From contig OX597815.1 of assembly GCA_951406725.2 (NCBI GenBank), positions 171,678,001 to 171,742,000 on the forward strand: a stretch of DNA of 64,000 nt, written 5' to 3'. Shown here in pieces: positions 1 through 14,712 of this stretch; position 1 is the first letter of the stretch, and each line of letters starts with the position of its first letter. The notes beneath the pieces are model-generated. The model did not search any database and was not told where the DNA came from. It saw only the letters and a list, made by a program, of their open reading frames with translations. This stretch comes from Octopus vulgaris. Its lineage: Eukaryota. A program made the translations under genes and the position numbers.

Positions 1-1899
1 AATGCAGTCCTGCATTCGTTATACCTGAACAAAAAACGCGATGGTCACATTTGGAATGATCGGAATTCGAATCAGTGAAATATACTGATCAATATTAAGC
101 GTGAGAAAATTTTGGAGGCGATGACTCCACACTAAGCAAACAAAGAGAACGTTGAAAAAGGGGTGGTATCTCAATACAAAACTGCTACGCATGTATACAA
201 TATGAAGCCCACAAAACCCATTGGATTATACTTCGAAATACAACAAAATGGCTTTCTTCTTGATTTTTAATAGCGATATTGTTGTATAGGGTATGGCAGC
301 TATAAAACTAGTTAATATACAAAAACCTAAGATCACCACATACAAATTGAACAGTACCAAGTTACCTTTATGCAGGTCAAAAGCGTCATCATTACATATG
401 AAATAAGGCGGCGAACTGGCAAAATCGTTTGCACACCGGATAAAATTCTTAGCGGCATTTCGTCCGTCTTTGCGTTCTAAGTTCAAGTTCCACCGAGATC
501 AATTTTACCTTTTACTCTTTCGAGAACAATAAAATAAGTATCAGGGGTCGATGTAATTGGGTCCTTTATCAAAGATATTCGAGACGAAAGGATTGAGAAA
601 GTACTTCCATTGATTCGTGCAAGGTTCAAGTGGGGGTTTTTTTAATGGTAACTATGGTCAATTTTTCAGAGACGCTAGCTTACTGACATTCAGTACTTCG
701 TTAGAATTGCAGTTCAAATTAGTTTACGTTTTCTGCTCCTTCGGATCTTCTGAGTGTTCTTCAATGCCGTCAGAAGATTAAAGAGTTATTTGTACAACTC
801 TATGGGACATGATTGTCTGAATCATTTGGTTCTAATATTTATTGAACGGTTTCACACAAATGAGTAATGATGTTGCCGATATTAACAACACGTTTATCTT
901 TAGTTCTGTTCTACGAGTAAGCTTGTTTGAACTTCTCTGATGTAACAATGATATTTAAGTATTAAAACTGTTATCAAATATTGTCATTTTGCAACTAAAA
1001 ATGTTTGTAATATTTTTACTTTTGTACGAGCAGATTAGCATGTTAGCATATTAGTTTCAACTAAATTATATAATTAATTAGCTTGTACGATCTTTTCGTT
1101 TGGGAGGTTATTTGAAAAGTTTTCGAACCAAAAATCATTTTAGGTTCTACTTCAGCCCTTACACAAAAGATTTTACCAGCATGTCCACAAGAAGCGCTGT
1201 TATTTAGTGTTCTTTTTGCTTATTCTGTTCTTTCGTACATAGACTCACCTGTTCTGGGTCGTCCGTTGAATACGCAGATATAGGTCAAAGCCTTATATAT
1301 TCGTCTTTTTATCACCTCTCTGTAAGCCACACTCATAACAGATTTAAGTGACTTTGAGATAAGAAAAATTACTAGATTGTAAAAATATTTATTTAGTGAT
1401 GTAATGCGATAATCTTTATTTACTTTATTTTAATGGTGATATAACACTGTTTCTTACTGTGTTAGTCTGTTGCGTTAGCAGACCCTTTGTCATTTTTTAA
1501 AACAAAGGCCTGTTAATGTTTTGTTACAGATACAATTCATAAGTGATATGCAATTCATTAGAATGAGATGCGGTTACGTAAGATGTCGAATATTCTTCAC
1601 ATTTAAAGATTTTCAAAACGTCAGCTTCTCCAGAATTAGAATATTTATAAAGGCTTGTAGAATCAATGGATTTAACAAATTTAGAGGATGCTAGTCGATA
1701 AAAGGGTGATTGTACTGTGACAGACACCGAATGAGAAGTGACCATGTTGTATTACGGTCTGTTATAGGAAAATATTTTTCACATTAAAATACAACCTTCG
1801 GAGTGGAAGTTGGCAGTTTCAAAATAGTTGCGATTAAGCAAATTCAGGGTTCTCATCCTACAGATATTAGTAAGAACCAAATCAATAAACTCTTTCAGC

Positions 1900-2730
1900 T
1901 ACAGAAAAATTTGAAAGAACATCATTTGCCTGAAGTTATCAGACATTCAATCTATAGTTTTATAAAATACATCATAGGTAGAGTACGGAAGAAAATGCAT
2001 TATATTGTTTTCCAGACAAAATAATAACAGCACCCGCGCAGGTATTCGTTAAGAGAGGTATTTTTTCGACCGGAAGCGTGCTTTACTGAGCAAAAGGACT
2101 TTCTGGATATCCACAAGAGGTTGTAGTTCTATACCACTGCTGCTTCTGTATGGAGGAGTTACCAAAACCTTTGGGAAAGATATATGTCTAAATTATCTAT
2201 GGCCAACGAAGTTCACGCAATGTAAATTCGTAAGAATAGGTACAACTTACCGACTTTTTTTACGATTAACAGCACTACAGGAGATTTCCCAAACAAGGAC
2301 GGGAACATTGGTGGACAACAGAATGGAAATGTGCAAAAATCAATGGGTTAGATATCGACTCATGAGTTCATTTATTTTGTACGCTCTATTGCATTTCAGT
2401 GAGAAAACCAAGTCATCTGAGAACAAGTCGCTTCTATATCTACAAGTATTTTCCGTAATAGAAAAATTCTATTACGACTCAAGCCACAGACGGAGATGAT
2501 GTAATCTTCTTAAGTGTATAATGAGTATAACAAGGGAAGTGATATCGAGTTACATTGAGAGTCTTGATGCCGAACGAAACAAGATGAACGGTGAAGATAT
2601 GTGGCATACGATCGAGTAACAGGACACTGAAATTAAGACAAACAGCTGGTTGGTGAGAAACCTAAACAGTGAGGCAAACTACCGCAGCATTTGGAGGACT
2701 CGGTAATTATTGAGGTTGTTAAAAGCCGAC
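1900..2730 (+). mobile_element. Highly degenerate Ty3/Gypsy-like integrase remnant
   Basis: Fragments YGGVTKTFGKDICLNYLWPT (integrase Zn-finger HxGxxKT...YxWP-like), ALLHFSEKTKSSENKSLLYL (core end) and LVRNLNSEA...PQHLEDS (GPY/F-like). Many stops. Confidence 0.45.
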
Positions 2731-5150
2731 AAATAATGAAAATACTTTTTATTTCGCCGTGAGACCTGATTTGGGTCGAATTTTCTCAGATCTGTAACAC
2801 CGCTTTTCTATCTTAATCTCTAAGCGACCGATTTCTCGGTTTTGACGGTCTGAACTTCATGATAGACATGTATTAACTGAATAAGGACGATGTAAGCAGA
2901 GTGCCTCAATCTAAAGGGTCAAATTAAGCGGAAGTCATGCATATTCAACCCATTAACCGATTTATTTGAGTTTTAACATCTCTACAATGATGACTTCAAA
3001 TTGCTATAACGCTATCTGTCAACAATATGTGTTGTGTACACATTTTTTACAAACTACGTATGACATAGATTTATCTACAAATGTCAATGGTGGACAACAG
3101 TCTGGACAATTCAAGCACAATTTCTACGAATTGAAGATGTACCGAAAACCTGAAGCTTAAAGACATTGTTCTTCGTTTAGTAGCAGAACACCAGAATAGA
3201 ATTGTTGTGTAATGTATGCGTGTCTCCTAATAAACATTGCTTCACTCTTTTTATTCATTGTAGCTTTACAATTACATCGAAAAGTGACTTAGAATTGATT
3301 TATTATGTAAAATCTCATATAACAATATTATATAAACATTTTGCCTTTTCTCATAGTTTTCTGGCTGCTATAAAACGCTGGCGCCGGCCTCTACTTTTCA
3401 CCATTTTATTACTCGAATTCACGAAAATGTTATGCATTTAACTAATATTAATCAATATTTGATGGATTCGATAGTAAACAGTTCGGAGTTTTGAAGAGTG
3501 ATACAATTAACAGAATTATGTAATTATCCAAGTTGCAATTAAGCAGAATCGACTGTACATAATTGTATATAATTGTAGACAGAATTATATATTTCTAAAT
3601 AGGAGCCTCTAAGGTTCTAATACAATGTTGTTTGTTCTGTTATATAGCAAAGATGCGATTACATGTTCCAACAGAGCGAAAGAATGAAATTATGATAAGA
3701 AATTAGGAAAAATACTGTGTATCAAAAATGAGAACATTGTGTACGCCAGCACCCTAGAATATGTTCGAGGTAACTTAAGTGTAATAGTTATGGAGAAAAT
3801 AATGTCTGCAAGTCAATTTTCGATAATTAAGTGCGGACTAACATACTTGATGTGGTATGCTAAAACGAATGTTTAATCAATTAGAATTATACTCGTAAAG
3901 AGAAAAAAGTTCATTAGCACCAATGATCGTTCTTTTCAAATGTAGTACGTGTTACACATTCATATCTATGTGTTTGCGTATGCCAAACTACATCTCGACT
4001 CTTGGCACTATTTTGTTAGTGAACAGTACAACTGTGTGTAAAGTATACAATGTATCACTACGCTGAATGTCGTCGTCCGTGTATCATGTAATGAAAATAA
4101 ACACGTAAACGTAACAATGGTTTTCAATTGGTTGTCTTTCCCATTAGAACCCAAACTACACATAACAGTACGTAAGGAAGATAACTCCGAAAAAAATATG
4201 GTTTAGAGAGAGTCGATTATAACGGCACCGTTGCTTGACTGGTACTCTATTTTATTGACCATGAAAGAATTCGAATTCAGAACTTAAAAAATCGAAATGT
4301 ATGCCCCAAAGCGTCAACGGTTTCGACCAATGCTCAAACGATTTGCCAATCAATTGTCCTAACCTTGAAGTATTAATATGTGTAAAAATATTTAATAGTC
4401 TACACACCCGATCAAACTTGCAGCTATCAAGCAAAGAAAATATAAACCATCACTGCCTATTCTCCGTTTACTTTGTAGCGTACACTCGAGTGAAATTCCT
4501 CTCCTCTTTATTATGTATACAGGCATTCGAACGTAGCAGATAACAGATAACTTTTGGCCGCTATTTAGATCCCGTTGTGTCTTCTTCTCTGATAGGTTGG
4601 TATTGGTGCAATTTGTCCCTTACTCTATCACACCAGTGCGCAGCGTATAACCAATCAGAGCATCTAAATAAGATCACATGAGGCAGCCTTTTCTAAACCC
4701 TGTTTGAACCTACTGTTCTTTATAAAAACTCACCTTCTCCTCGTCTCGAGGTCTTTGGTTCCAGACCTTTTGAGGTCTAGCCACTAACCACACAAGACAC
4801 AGCCAGTTCCTGCGACAACGCCAGACGACCCGTCCAACAGCATTACGAACCTCCGTCTTCGTCGCCACCATTATCTTCTTTACGTCGTCAACATCATCTT
4901 TCTACGTACACAGTTCAAGCTACACTGCACAGAGTCTAACATAGCAATGTTTGTGAATTACTTCACCATGGTTAACAGCGAATATGCAAACTGCGAGAAC
5001 TCCTGTACAAGGGATCCAGGCAGCAGCATCAGTCACAACTTCGTACGACACTACCGCACCGGTTCTGCATCATCGCTGCAACTTCTTGGTACAGTATTTT
5101 AACCACCGTGTACAATTGACTACGAACTGGCATTTCTCATTCTTGTATCT

Positions 5151-5458
5151 GTGGAGGCACATGGCCTAGTGGTTAGAGCAGCGGACTCGCAGTCGAGGGA
5201 TCGCGGGTTCGAATCTCAGATCGGACGATGTGTGTATTTATGAGCGAAACACCTAAGCTCCACGCGGCTCCAGCAGAAGGTAATGGCGAACTTCAGCTGA
5301 CTCTTTCGCCACAACTTTTTCTCACTCTTTCCTCCTGCATCTTGCAGCTCACCTGCGATGGACTGGCGTCCCGTCCAGGTGGGAACCTATACGTCAAGAA
5401 ACCGGGAATCCGGCCCTTATGGGCCAGGCATAGTTCGAGAAGGAACAAACAAAACAAA
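5151..5458 (+). mobile_element. tRNA-derived SINE (V-domain-like core) with TSD
   Basis: A box tggcctagtgg, B box ggttcgaatc, core cctgcgatggactggcgtcccgtccagg and an (aaaac) tail. TSD attcttgt(a/g)tct at 5139-5150 and 5459-5470. Confidence 0.85.
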
Positions 5459-7749
5459 ATTCTTGTGTCTATGAACATTCGTCTAACTTCTCATTATAGA
5501 CTCTTTGACTGTCTCCTTTTTCATTTCTATTCTTATATATATATTACGCACACGCATACATCCATGTCTATACACACATACACTTTGTTCTCATGACGGC
5601 CTGCCTATCATTCTGTAAACATGACGCACACACTGACACACATGTTAACATCAATAAAAATTCTCTCAAACATTCTGCTCGGTTGTGTGTGTGTCTCTCT
5701 CTCTTTCCCACTGGCACCTATATGTATTATTCCAGCCTTCTGAAAGGAGTCGTTATTAGATGGTTTCACCGCGTGAGACAGAGACCATCTATAAGTTAAT
5801 AATCACACGAAATCTAAAATAAAGACACTAATGGGTAAGTAACCAGAACGTAATATGTATGACTTGAAATATTGGAGCTTTCTGAGAAAGAACCAGGAAG
5901 ATTGCTCCATGTCCCACGGGCTCAATCAATCAGCCAAGTTAAGTTCATGAGTGTGTGAAGGGCAAGTAGTTAAGATGCTGGCTGCGTAAAGTATTCGACA
6001 AGAAATGCTTGTCTCTATTAAATATAGAGTAAAAGTAAAATATGTTGGCTAAGTTCGAAAGATAAGAAATGTGCATCTCAGAGAGAAAAAGAGAGAGAAG
6101 GAGAGAGAGAGTGAGAAAGAGAGAGAGACAGAAACAGACAAACAGAGATGAGATGAGATGTAAACTTAGGCAAACAAGATGACTTTCATGAGAATCGAAA
6201 ATTTGTGGTTTTTTATAGCCATGAGGAAAAAAAAACTTTGAGAACGCTCTCTCAAAGTTCCTTTTGATCTGTGTCGACATCACTCATATCCATCATCGAA
6301 TTCATTCACTGAAAAAGCGGGGACTCGGAATCGTGACATTTTGCTATCGACTTCTTTTGTTCTATCCAGCAGTTGTAAGCCCAAAGTTATTTTAGATAAA
6401 GATTCTAGCGTGCTGCATATTTTTTCGCGCACATTTTGTTTTCAAGTTACATCATATAAATATAGAAACAGAAGTGTAATACGAGGAAAAACTATCGTAA
6501 ATAGCAGCTAAAAATAGGGCCCGCACATATGAAGCAATACACAATACAATGTACAGAGTAGAATATGTTATCTATTGCAAAACTTTATTTAATTGTTGAC
6601 AATACTTTCCAGATGTTTTGTGTTCGAATACTTTCCTAGTCACGCTTGAAGATCTCACTGTAGCGCAATGATGTTTTCTAGACTTATTCCCCCCTCCTTT
6701 CTAATCGTAAGTTTCCTTTAAAATTTATCTTGATATATATCTATCCTCAATGCCGAACACCTGGTCTTTGATGGATATTCCAAAGGATAATTTATGCGTT
6801 GGTAATCCTTTAAATAAATAAGTTTTGAATCCTTAGAATTATAGGAAATAGATCGTGTTCTTCACATGGGAGAATATCGTTGAGATATTATATATCAGAA
6901 CTGGTATTACACGTGCGTACGCACACACTTAAATGCATGCGTGTGCGTGTGCGTGTGTGTAGATATATGTATATGCACATACAAACACACACAAGTATAT
7001 GCGTATGTGTGTATGTAAATATATGAATATGCATACGCACATATATGCGCGTGTGTGTGTAAACACTTAAAGCAAATGAATCACAAAAAAACAACTAAAG
7101 TCCAAGAGACTTCAGTTATATGTATGTGTATGTATATACATGTATGTGCACGTATATAACACGCAGGAACACACAAATACACACATACACACACACACAT
7201 ACACACACACTCATACACACATGCGCATGCGCATTAACGAGAACAAAACTTTAATGTCATAAATGCTAAATGGGAATTACCTATTTACCAGCACACAAAT
7301 GAGGCAACCAAAAAAAAATAATTTACTTGCGGACTGGGCGGCATTATGTCCAACAGATGGCATAAATACAACCTAACGATGATTCCACCTAAGTTCTTCC
7401 ATTGCTTAACTGACAAAAATTTAAGACATAAGTGCCAAATGTTGGAAGTTTTTGCAAGCCAAACTCTACAACTATATTTTAAATTAACATGTTTTCTTTA
7501 AAAGAACTTTACTAAACACTAAATAATATCATGTAGTATAAGCGAGCAACAGGAAAAATGCTTATTTTCAGCATATATTCAATTTCGTTTTAACTGTTGA
7601 AAGTGTGGGAAAATACAAATACAAAAGTTTATTGAAACTAATGTAAAAATGCATGTGATTTTGGGTTCATTTGCACTGCGCAGCACCTTGGTCAGTTCCT
7701 CTCAGGTGGTACATTATCTACTATAGATCCAATAAATTTGAATTATTTT

Positions 7750-9199
7750 GAATTCATAATTTTGAATTATGCAAGAACCATATAAACTTCGACAAAGCCG
7801 TAACATATTTTCTCTCGGAGTTGATGAATGTTTATACTTGTAATAAGGGTTTTCGAATGTGTGTTTCGTTTCCCCAATATATATTTTAGGTTGATCGCTG
7901 CTGTTTGATCCGACCTTTGCACTGTATACTATCGACTTTGCCAGGAAGTGAACATCTAATGGACAAGTCTCACGAATTCTAAAGTTGCATGATCTTTGTT
8001 GGCGCACTGCTTGCATCTTTCGGATCTTTTCAGTTTGGCTGCCAATTTTCGAAGATTCAAAGTTTATTGAAAATTTTAAAATTTGGTGCATTAATGTAGT
8101 TTTCCAAGCTAAATCTCAGGAGATACTTCACTTTTTCCAGAAGAATGTTTTAAAAAAGTTATTGAGATTTAAAGTTTACTCAGTCAGAAAACAGGATTTG
8201 GAAGCTGTTATTTAGTGCGTGACAGCACGTGTTGTCAACTGCAAGCAAATGAAATACTGGCGGAATTCTGCTTTACACACACCATATAACCCCTTATAAC
8301 TTTTTTTTTAGAATTTCCAGAATTTTTGGGCGAATTTGTATTCTACACATGGGAAATCATACGACAGTGTAAAAACAAAAACAAAAATTTGGTGGGTGCG
8401 TGATTTAAGACCTATTTAGCTGTAATTTTTAGCACATCTCACCACCAACTCAATGAATAGAAGATATATGTCAGCACGTGCTTTCTTGCAGACAAAAAAG
8501 TTCTCATACTTGGACTTATTATAGAAAAGGGCATGAATGTCTGTGGCTTTCGATTGGCTAAAATTACCCAAAATTTGCTAACTTTAAAAGTTTTTAACTC
8601 CTTATTTATTGATTTGTGGTGAAAATGAATTTCAAGGCATTAGTTAGCATATAAAACCATATCATTACACCGAATAAGAAATAAATTCGAACATAAATTG
8701 AAGAGATTGAAAATTGGCAGCCAAACACAAAAGATCCCATCTTTCTTCTGTTCACCTTCATGGCATTACAACCTTTGATATAACACCCGAAATTTTTGCA
8801 AGTTAAATAGCAAACCTTAAGACATTTCTTATACAGTATTTTCCTATACCTATGCCCTGGCGGGAAATGGTGATCTATAAAATAAGAAATTCTCTTGCTT
8901 TATTAGTTTTTACTACTAAGTTAAATACTGGGTTGTACCATAAAATATTCCTTTTCCTATTCCTATTCTTACGTTGAGTATGCCAATGTTTTTTACGTAT
9001 CTAATCTTAGCAGAAAACCCATTTCTAAGCGCCCCTTAAAAGCATCTTCATCAGAAGAAAACGAAGATACACGTTTACTGATATTGTCGGCCAAGTTCCT
9101 CAGTATACTAGGTGGGTGATTCGTTTGACTATGTATATATATTAAGTTCTCTTTTGGTTTGTAGTATGGTCTGAAACTATCACTGTCTAGTATTAACAT
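7750..9199 (-). mobile_element. Degenerate Penelope-like retroelement (RT thumb, linker, GIY-YIG endonuclease), interrupted by a MITE
   Basis: RPYYKPKENLIYIHSQTNHPPSILRNL...SKRVSSFSSDEDAF (RT thumb); RKRNILWYNP; CNFRIRETCPLD...SIVYSAKV...KIYIGETKHTF (GIY-YIG). Contains frameshifts. Confidence 0.85.
8022..8737. mobile_element. Non-autonomous TIR DNA transposon (MITE) with 8-bp TSD
   Basis: TIRs of about 29 bp: ggatcttttcagtttggctgccaattttc / gaaaattggcagccaaacacaaaagatcc. Perfect TSD catctttc at 8014-8021 and 8738-8745. Confidence 0.9.
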
Positions 9200-9218
9200 T
9201 ACGTCATATGTATGTACC

Positions 9219-9332
<114 letters not shown>

Positions 9333-11988
9333 TGTATGTGTACATATACACATATATGCTTTTATTTATTATTCTTTTACTTGTTTCAGTCATTTGACAG
9401 TGGCCATGCTGGAGCACAGCCTTTAGTCGAACAAATTGGCCTCCAGGATTTATTGTTCGTAAGCCAAGTACTTATTCTATCGATCTCTTTTGCCGAACCG
9501 CTAAGTTACAGGGGACGCAAGCACACCAACATCAGTTGTCAAGCGATGATGCAGGGGTAAACACAGACATATATATATTTAATAAAAAATACAATATGTA
9601 TATACGACGGGCTTCTTTCAGGCTTTGGTCGGCATATATATATATATATATATACACACACAAATATACATGTGCATACATGTGTGGGGGTCTTCATTTT
9701 GTAGGATACTAGTTTAGCTGCACCAATATGCATCAGGGTAAATTTTGCACTAGAAAGAATTCTGTGGCATCTGCTTCCTTTGCAGCCCCTAGCACCTGGT
9801 TAATTTACTTGGGGATCAAGTACATTGCTCAAATACTTTGTGTAAAACACCAGTCCTTAATGGATTACCAATATCTTTACCATAAAACAAAGAAACTAGA
9901 TACCAATTAAGTAAACGCTTAGCATAGATCTTCATCATGTAACTTTGAGATATTTAATTTCTAGCATACCAATTTCTGACTGTCGCTTGTTTTATCGTAG
10001 CAGCTACAAATAAATGTGAAGCTGCTAAAATGCTTCAACGCATAAAGAATTGGTTAAAAGCACTACTGCAATTCCGTTATGAAACTATTTTCTTACCCAC
10101 CCTAAACAAGATCGTCCACCTTCAAACCTTGTGCTTGTACATATAACGGATAGCAACAGCCCATGCCCTATAACACCTTGGAACGATTGCAAGTTATTAT
10201 TGACATATGATGAATTAAACCAATTATCTTACTATTTATTGGCAGAGTCCACAACTTGTAACTAACAATCAGTGCCGAGTGGTCTTCATCTGGAAATGGT
10301 CTTTATGTGTGTGGATTTATTTGCTTCTTCTTTAGGCATCACGTATTCTCCGAGTCGGCTTCGTGAGAAAGAGGATAGGATCTGAGTGTAACGGCCTGAA
10401 GTCGTGTTGTGATTTGAGTAAGGGTCGAATGACATACTGCTATAGATGAACATAAATTCAACGCTCGTATTGCTGGTATATTATTATTCTCGTCATTTTT
10501 ATCCCCGGCTTGATCAAATCGACATTGCAAAATATTGGCCACAGAACTGCATAATGCGTATCATGTTATAAAACAAGTTTAAACGTACGGAAGAGTCAGT
10601 TGTGGAACAGAAATTGACAAAAGAAATATACAGTGATACAGGAAAGTGTAACATGTGGGGGGAAAATAAAGCAGTATTCTAGTAATGTATTTTGCATAAA
10701 AGCACATGGAATACTCCGAAGAACATGGTTTGCCCTTTTCAGTGTTAACTGATTCTTTAAACAAAGGTGCAAACTAAGTGTTTCCCAATGCTTACATCTT
10801 AAGAAGGGAGTGTAACAAGCGTTACTTGACTTTCTACTACGAAACAATTAATCACAGGAGGAAATAACAAATCACTTGCTAATTAAACAAGGCCTGGATC
10901 TGCTGACAATGTAAAAATAATCTATGGAATACTGGATAGTGTTTATCTAATTACTTCAAAGTATAGGTGATGAGGAGATTAAGGAAATGCTCATGAATCA
11001 CCAGAGATATATATCTTCTTCCGCGGTCACATTCTTAAATTGTTTTCAGACAATACTGAAGAGGTGGGCATTCAGCATAATTTCAGTATTTAAGCCAATG
11101 GCTGAACTAACAACTAAACTTGAAATGAGATTAAAGGATTTTTTCCTTTCTTTCTTTTCGTTTTGTTTGCTTCACTGTGATCACAGAACTCAGCTTGTAT
11201 CAGATGTGTCTGAGAAATAGGGAAACAGACTACATTGTTTGTTATGGAAGAGTCACAAAATACTTAAAATGATAGGTGTGACTTCTCTGGAAGCTGTTTC
11301 CATAGCTAATTAATCGAATTAAGCTTGACAAATGTAATACCTTTTGAAGAATGATGCAATGCATTTAAGGCTTCTAACCTTCAAGATATTTACAAAAGGT
11401 AAATTATATGAAGAGTTTGGGATTGTAAAAGTAATTATCAATGCTCCTAAAAATAGAAAACAGTAGTAGTGAAGACCATTATCGTGTGTTATTCAGTAAA
11501 TCTTAGGTCTTTTTCACAACCTAAAAAAGGTAAAGGCTTACAGCTTTTCTGTCCAAAGTAGCAATACTCACACAAAATGAAGCTTTTCATGGTGGCTTCA
11601 GTTAAGAGAAATAAACCCCCTACAAGTAAATCCAGTCCCTGAACCGTCAAGCCAGGTAACCGTCCCTGAACTTTGTCAAGCCAGGTACAAAAAAAAATGA
11701 CCAACAGAAAATTCATGAAGATGGCAAGTAAAGGGGAAAAACTATACATAACAAAAACTGATGGATTTAAAAATAAATTTTCAATTAATCATCAGTAACC
11801 ATAACGCAGAATAATGAAATATTGAACAAGAAAAAAGATCTGGAGAAAACTACTGATTAGCGATACAATAGCTACGTTTTTGGTGGTTTTATATGAACAA
11901 AAAACAAAGTAGAATATTAAAAATTTTATTTAATAAAATAACCAAAGTGTTCCTTTGATGTTTTTCAATACAGTTAAAATTTTATATT

Positions 11989-12357
11989 TTTTTCTACTCT
12001 AGGCACAAGGCCCGAAATTTTGGGGGAGGGGTTCAGTCGATTAGATCGACCCTAGTACGCAACTGGTACTTAATTTATCGACCCCGAAAGGTTGAAATGC
12101 AAGGTCGACCTCGGCAGAAATACCTATTTCTTTACTACCCACAAGAGGCTAAGCACAGAGAGGACAAACAAGGACAGACAAACGGATTAAGTCGATTATA
12201 TCGACCCTAGTGCGTAACTGGTACTTATTTAATCGACCCCGAAAGGATGAAAGGCAAAGTCGACCTCGGCGAATTTTGAACTCAGAACGTAACGGCAGAC
12301 GAAATACCGCAAAGCATTTCGCCCGGCGTGCTAACGTTTCTGCCAGCTCGCCGCCTT
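11989..12357 (-). mobile_element. SINE family B (Meta-domain-like core), full copy with 17-bp TSD
   Basis: Head aaggcggcgagctggcagaaacgttagc and core gtcgactttgcctttcatcctttcggggtcga. TSD agttaaaattttatatt at 11972-11988 and 12358-12374. Confidence 0.9.
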
Positions 12358-12388
12358 AGTTAAAATTTTATATTAAAAAGATTGAAAT

Positions 12389-12424
<36 letters not shown>

Positions 12425-13284
12425 CAAAAGGATGTGTTATAATACTATTCCACACATACAAAGACATTCATACCAACAATCTAATATACCTCCATCATCA
12501 GCTGCCCCACGGATATTATTATGGTTTCGACACCTGGGCAATACTATTCAATCCGGCGGTGTCAACAGCACTAAAATAAGTGTTGCCTGTGAACAAACAT
12601 ACCAAAGAAACCACACTTACCCTACTATGTACAACAGTATCGGTAAATAAATCCAATAAGTAAATCTATAACCAAATCCTAAATATGTAACTAAACAGCG
12701 ACAAAACCTTTAAGTCATACAAAAAAATATTCCTTACAGTCTTCCATAGTATAATATAAAAGTGAAAGCTTAATAACCACATTCATTCAATCTAGATATA
12801 CGCAGGATTAAACTGTAACTTTAAAATTAAACTACAACAAAGAAACACATAAATCTATGTATATCTGTATCGGTATTAATAGTAAACCTACATTAACTAA
12901 ATTATATATTAAATGGCGACCAATCTTTAAGTCCATATAAATAATAATCCCAGCAGTCTTTCCTAGTTACTACTATAATAAAAAAAGTGAAAACTTTATA
13001 CTCAATTCTCTCCAAAACAAAACACGATTGAATTTAATTTACCGAATATATATATATACACACACACACGCACACAGATTGTTGAGAGAGAAAGATACAT
13101 GTGCCTAGGAGTGTTGCAGGATGATAACACGGCAAAACGACGAAGCACGAGCCACAAATCCATCTATCTAGTTACACCTAGTCTCCGTCTCGCCGAGCTC
13201 TACGCTGCACACTCCGGCAGCTCAAGTCATTTTGTCGATGTCATATGATATGTCAAAACAAACATTAACCACTAATACGCTTTC

Positions 13285-13718
13285 TAATTTTGGTACAAGG
13301 CCAGCAATTTTCAACGGAGTAGTTTGGGTGATGAGCAATTACATCGGCTTCAGTGCTCAACTGGTATTTATTTTATCAATCTCTAGAGAAGAAAAGGCAA
13401 AGTCGACCTCGGCGGAATTTGAACTCTTTACGTAAAGAACTGGAAGGTATGCCGCTAAGCATTTTCTCCGGCGCGGTAACGATTCTGCCACCCCACCGTC
13501 TTACTAACTACTAATAGTAATTTCGAATTATTGGCACAGGCCAGCAATTTCGGGAAGGGGTAAGTCGATTACATCGCCACCAGAGTTCAACTGGTACTTA
13601 CTTCATCGACACCGAAAAGATGAAAGACAAAGTCAACCCCGGCGTCATTTGAACTCGGAACATAAAGTCACAAGAAATGCCGCTAAGCATTCTGTTCTAT
13701 GTGCTTGCGATTCCACCT
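13285..13718 (-). mobile_element. Two tandem diverged family B SINEs
   Basis: Two successive matches to caaagtcgacctcggcggaatttgaactc...gccgctaagcat. Confidence 0.75.
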
Positions 13719-14712
13719 TATTATCCTACAGAGTTTCTTCTACTATAAGCACAATACCTAGAACAGTACTTGAATCATACTTCTTACATAATTGAAAATA
13801 TATTCTGAAAATTTGGACAATTAAAAGCAAGGCATCTATTACCGACCTACAGCCCCTTTCTCTCCAGTAACAATATAAATTTCCCCCTCCGTAGGGCAGA
13901 GGATTTTATGTCACCCACTTTGAGAAGCATTCCCACTGTGTTCTATCTCTTGTCTTCAACTCTCTCTCTCTCTCTCTTTCTTTGCTTGTATGTCCACACA
14001 CAAATGACGTCTGGTTATTTTACGCTTCAAGTTTCACAATCTAATGCTTTTAAGACTCTTTTTAAGCTCTAGTTGACTGACTTTTGGTGTTTTACCAGAC
14101 ACATGAAGGCTAGTATTTTGAACTTAATCAATTGCTTAATGCAATCATGGGCAACCTGCAGCCCACGGGACTTTCTGAATGTTACGCCTAACGATAAGCA
14201 TGATTTAAAAAAAAAATTTTAACCTTGTGCGGCTTGCCTGAGGATGAACCATGTCTTACTCGGCTCACTTCTGGAAGAAGGTTGCCTTTAAATATTGTTT
14301 AACCTCGATTAAACAGCCCTATATTCAAAGGCATTCTAGCCTTGACCTTCTCATCTGTAAGAGGTGGGGTCAATGACAATATTACGTAATGTAACTTCTC
14401 TTTTCTTCCAAAGACAATAAGTATATGATTTCAAAGAAATCGGGTTGCTATTTCCAGCAGGTTGAACAATCACATAAAAACAGGCATAGATAAACCTTTT
14501 TCGAGAAAAGGGCCGCATGTGTTATAATTCATCATCAAGTGAATTGCACTACTAAAAGATTATAGATCTTTCGTTAGATGTGCCATTCAGAAGTTTCCGT
14601 GGGTCGCAGTTTTCCCATAACAGACGTAAAGGCTAGGGCTAAAAGGTGAAAGACGAAAACGTTTGGAAATCTTTTCCTCGGGAAGCTCTTTCAAATATCT
14701 CTATGTGTAAAA

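Noticed and set aside
1198-1528. TG...CA bounded segment resembling a solo LTR
   Set aside because: No TSD, no PBS and no second copy in the window.
5155-5225. tRNA-like sequence
   Set aside because: It is the head of a SINE with body, tail and TSD; the acceptor stem is incomplete.
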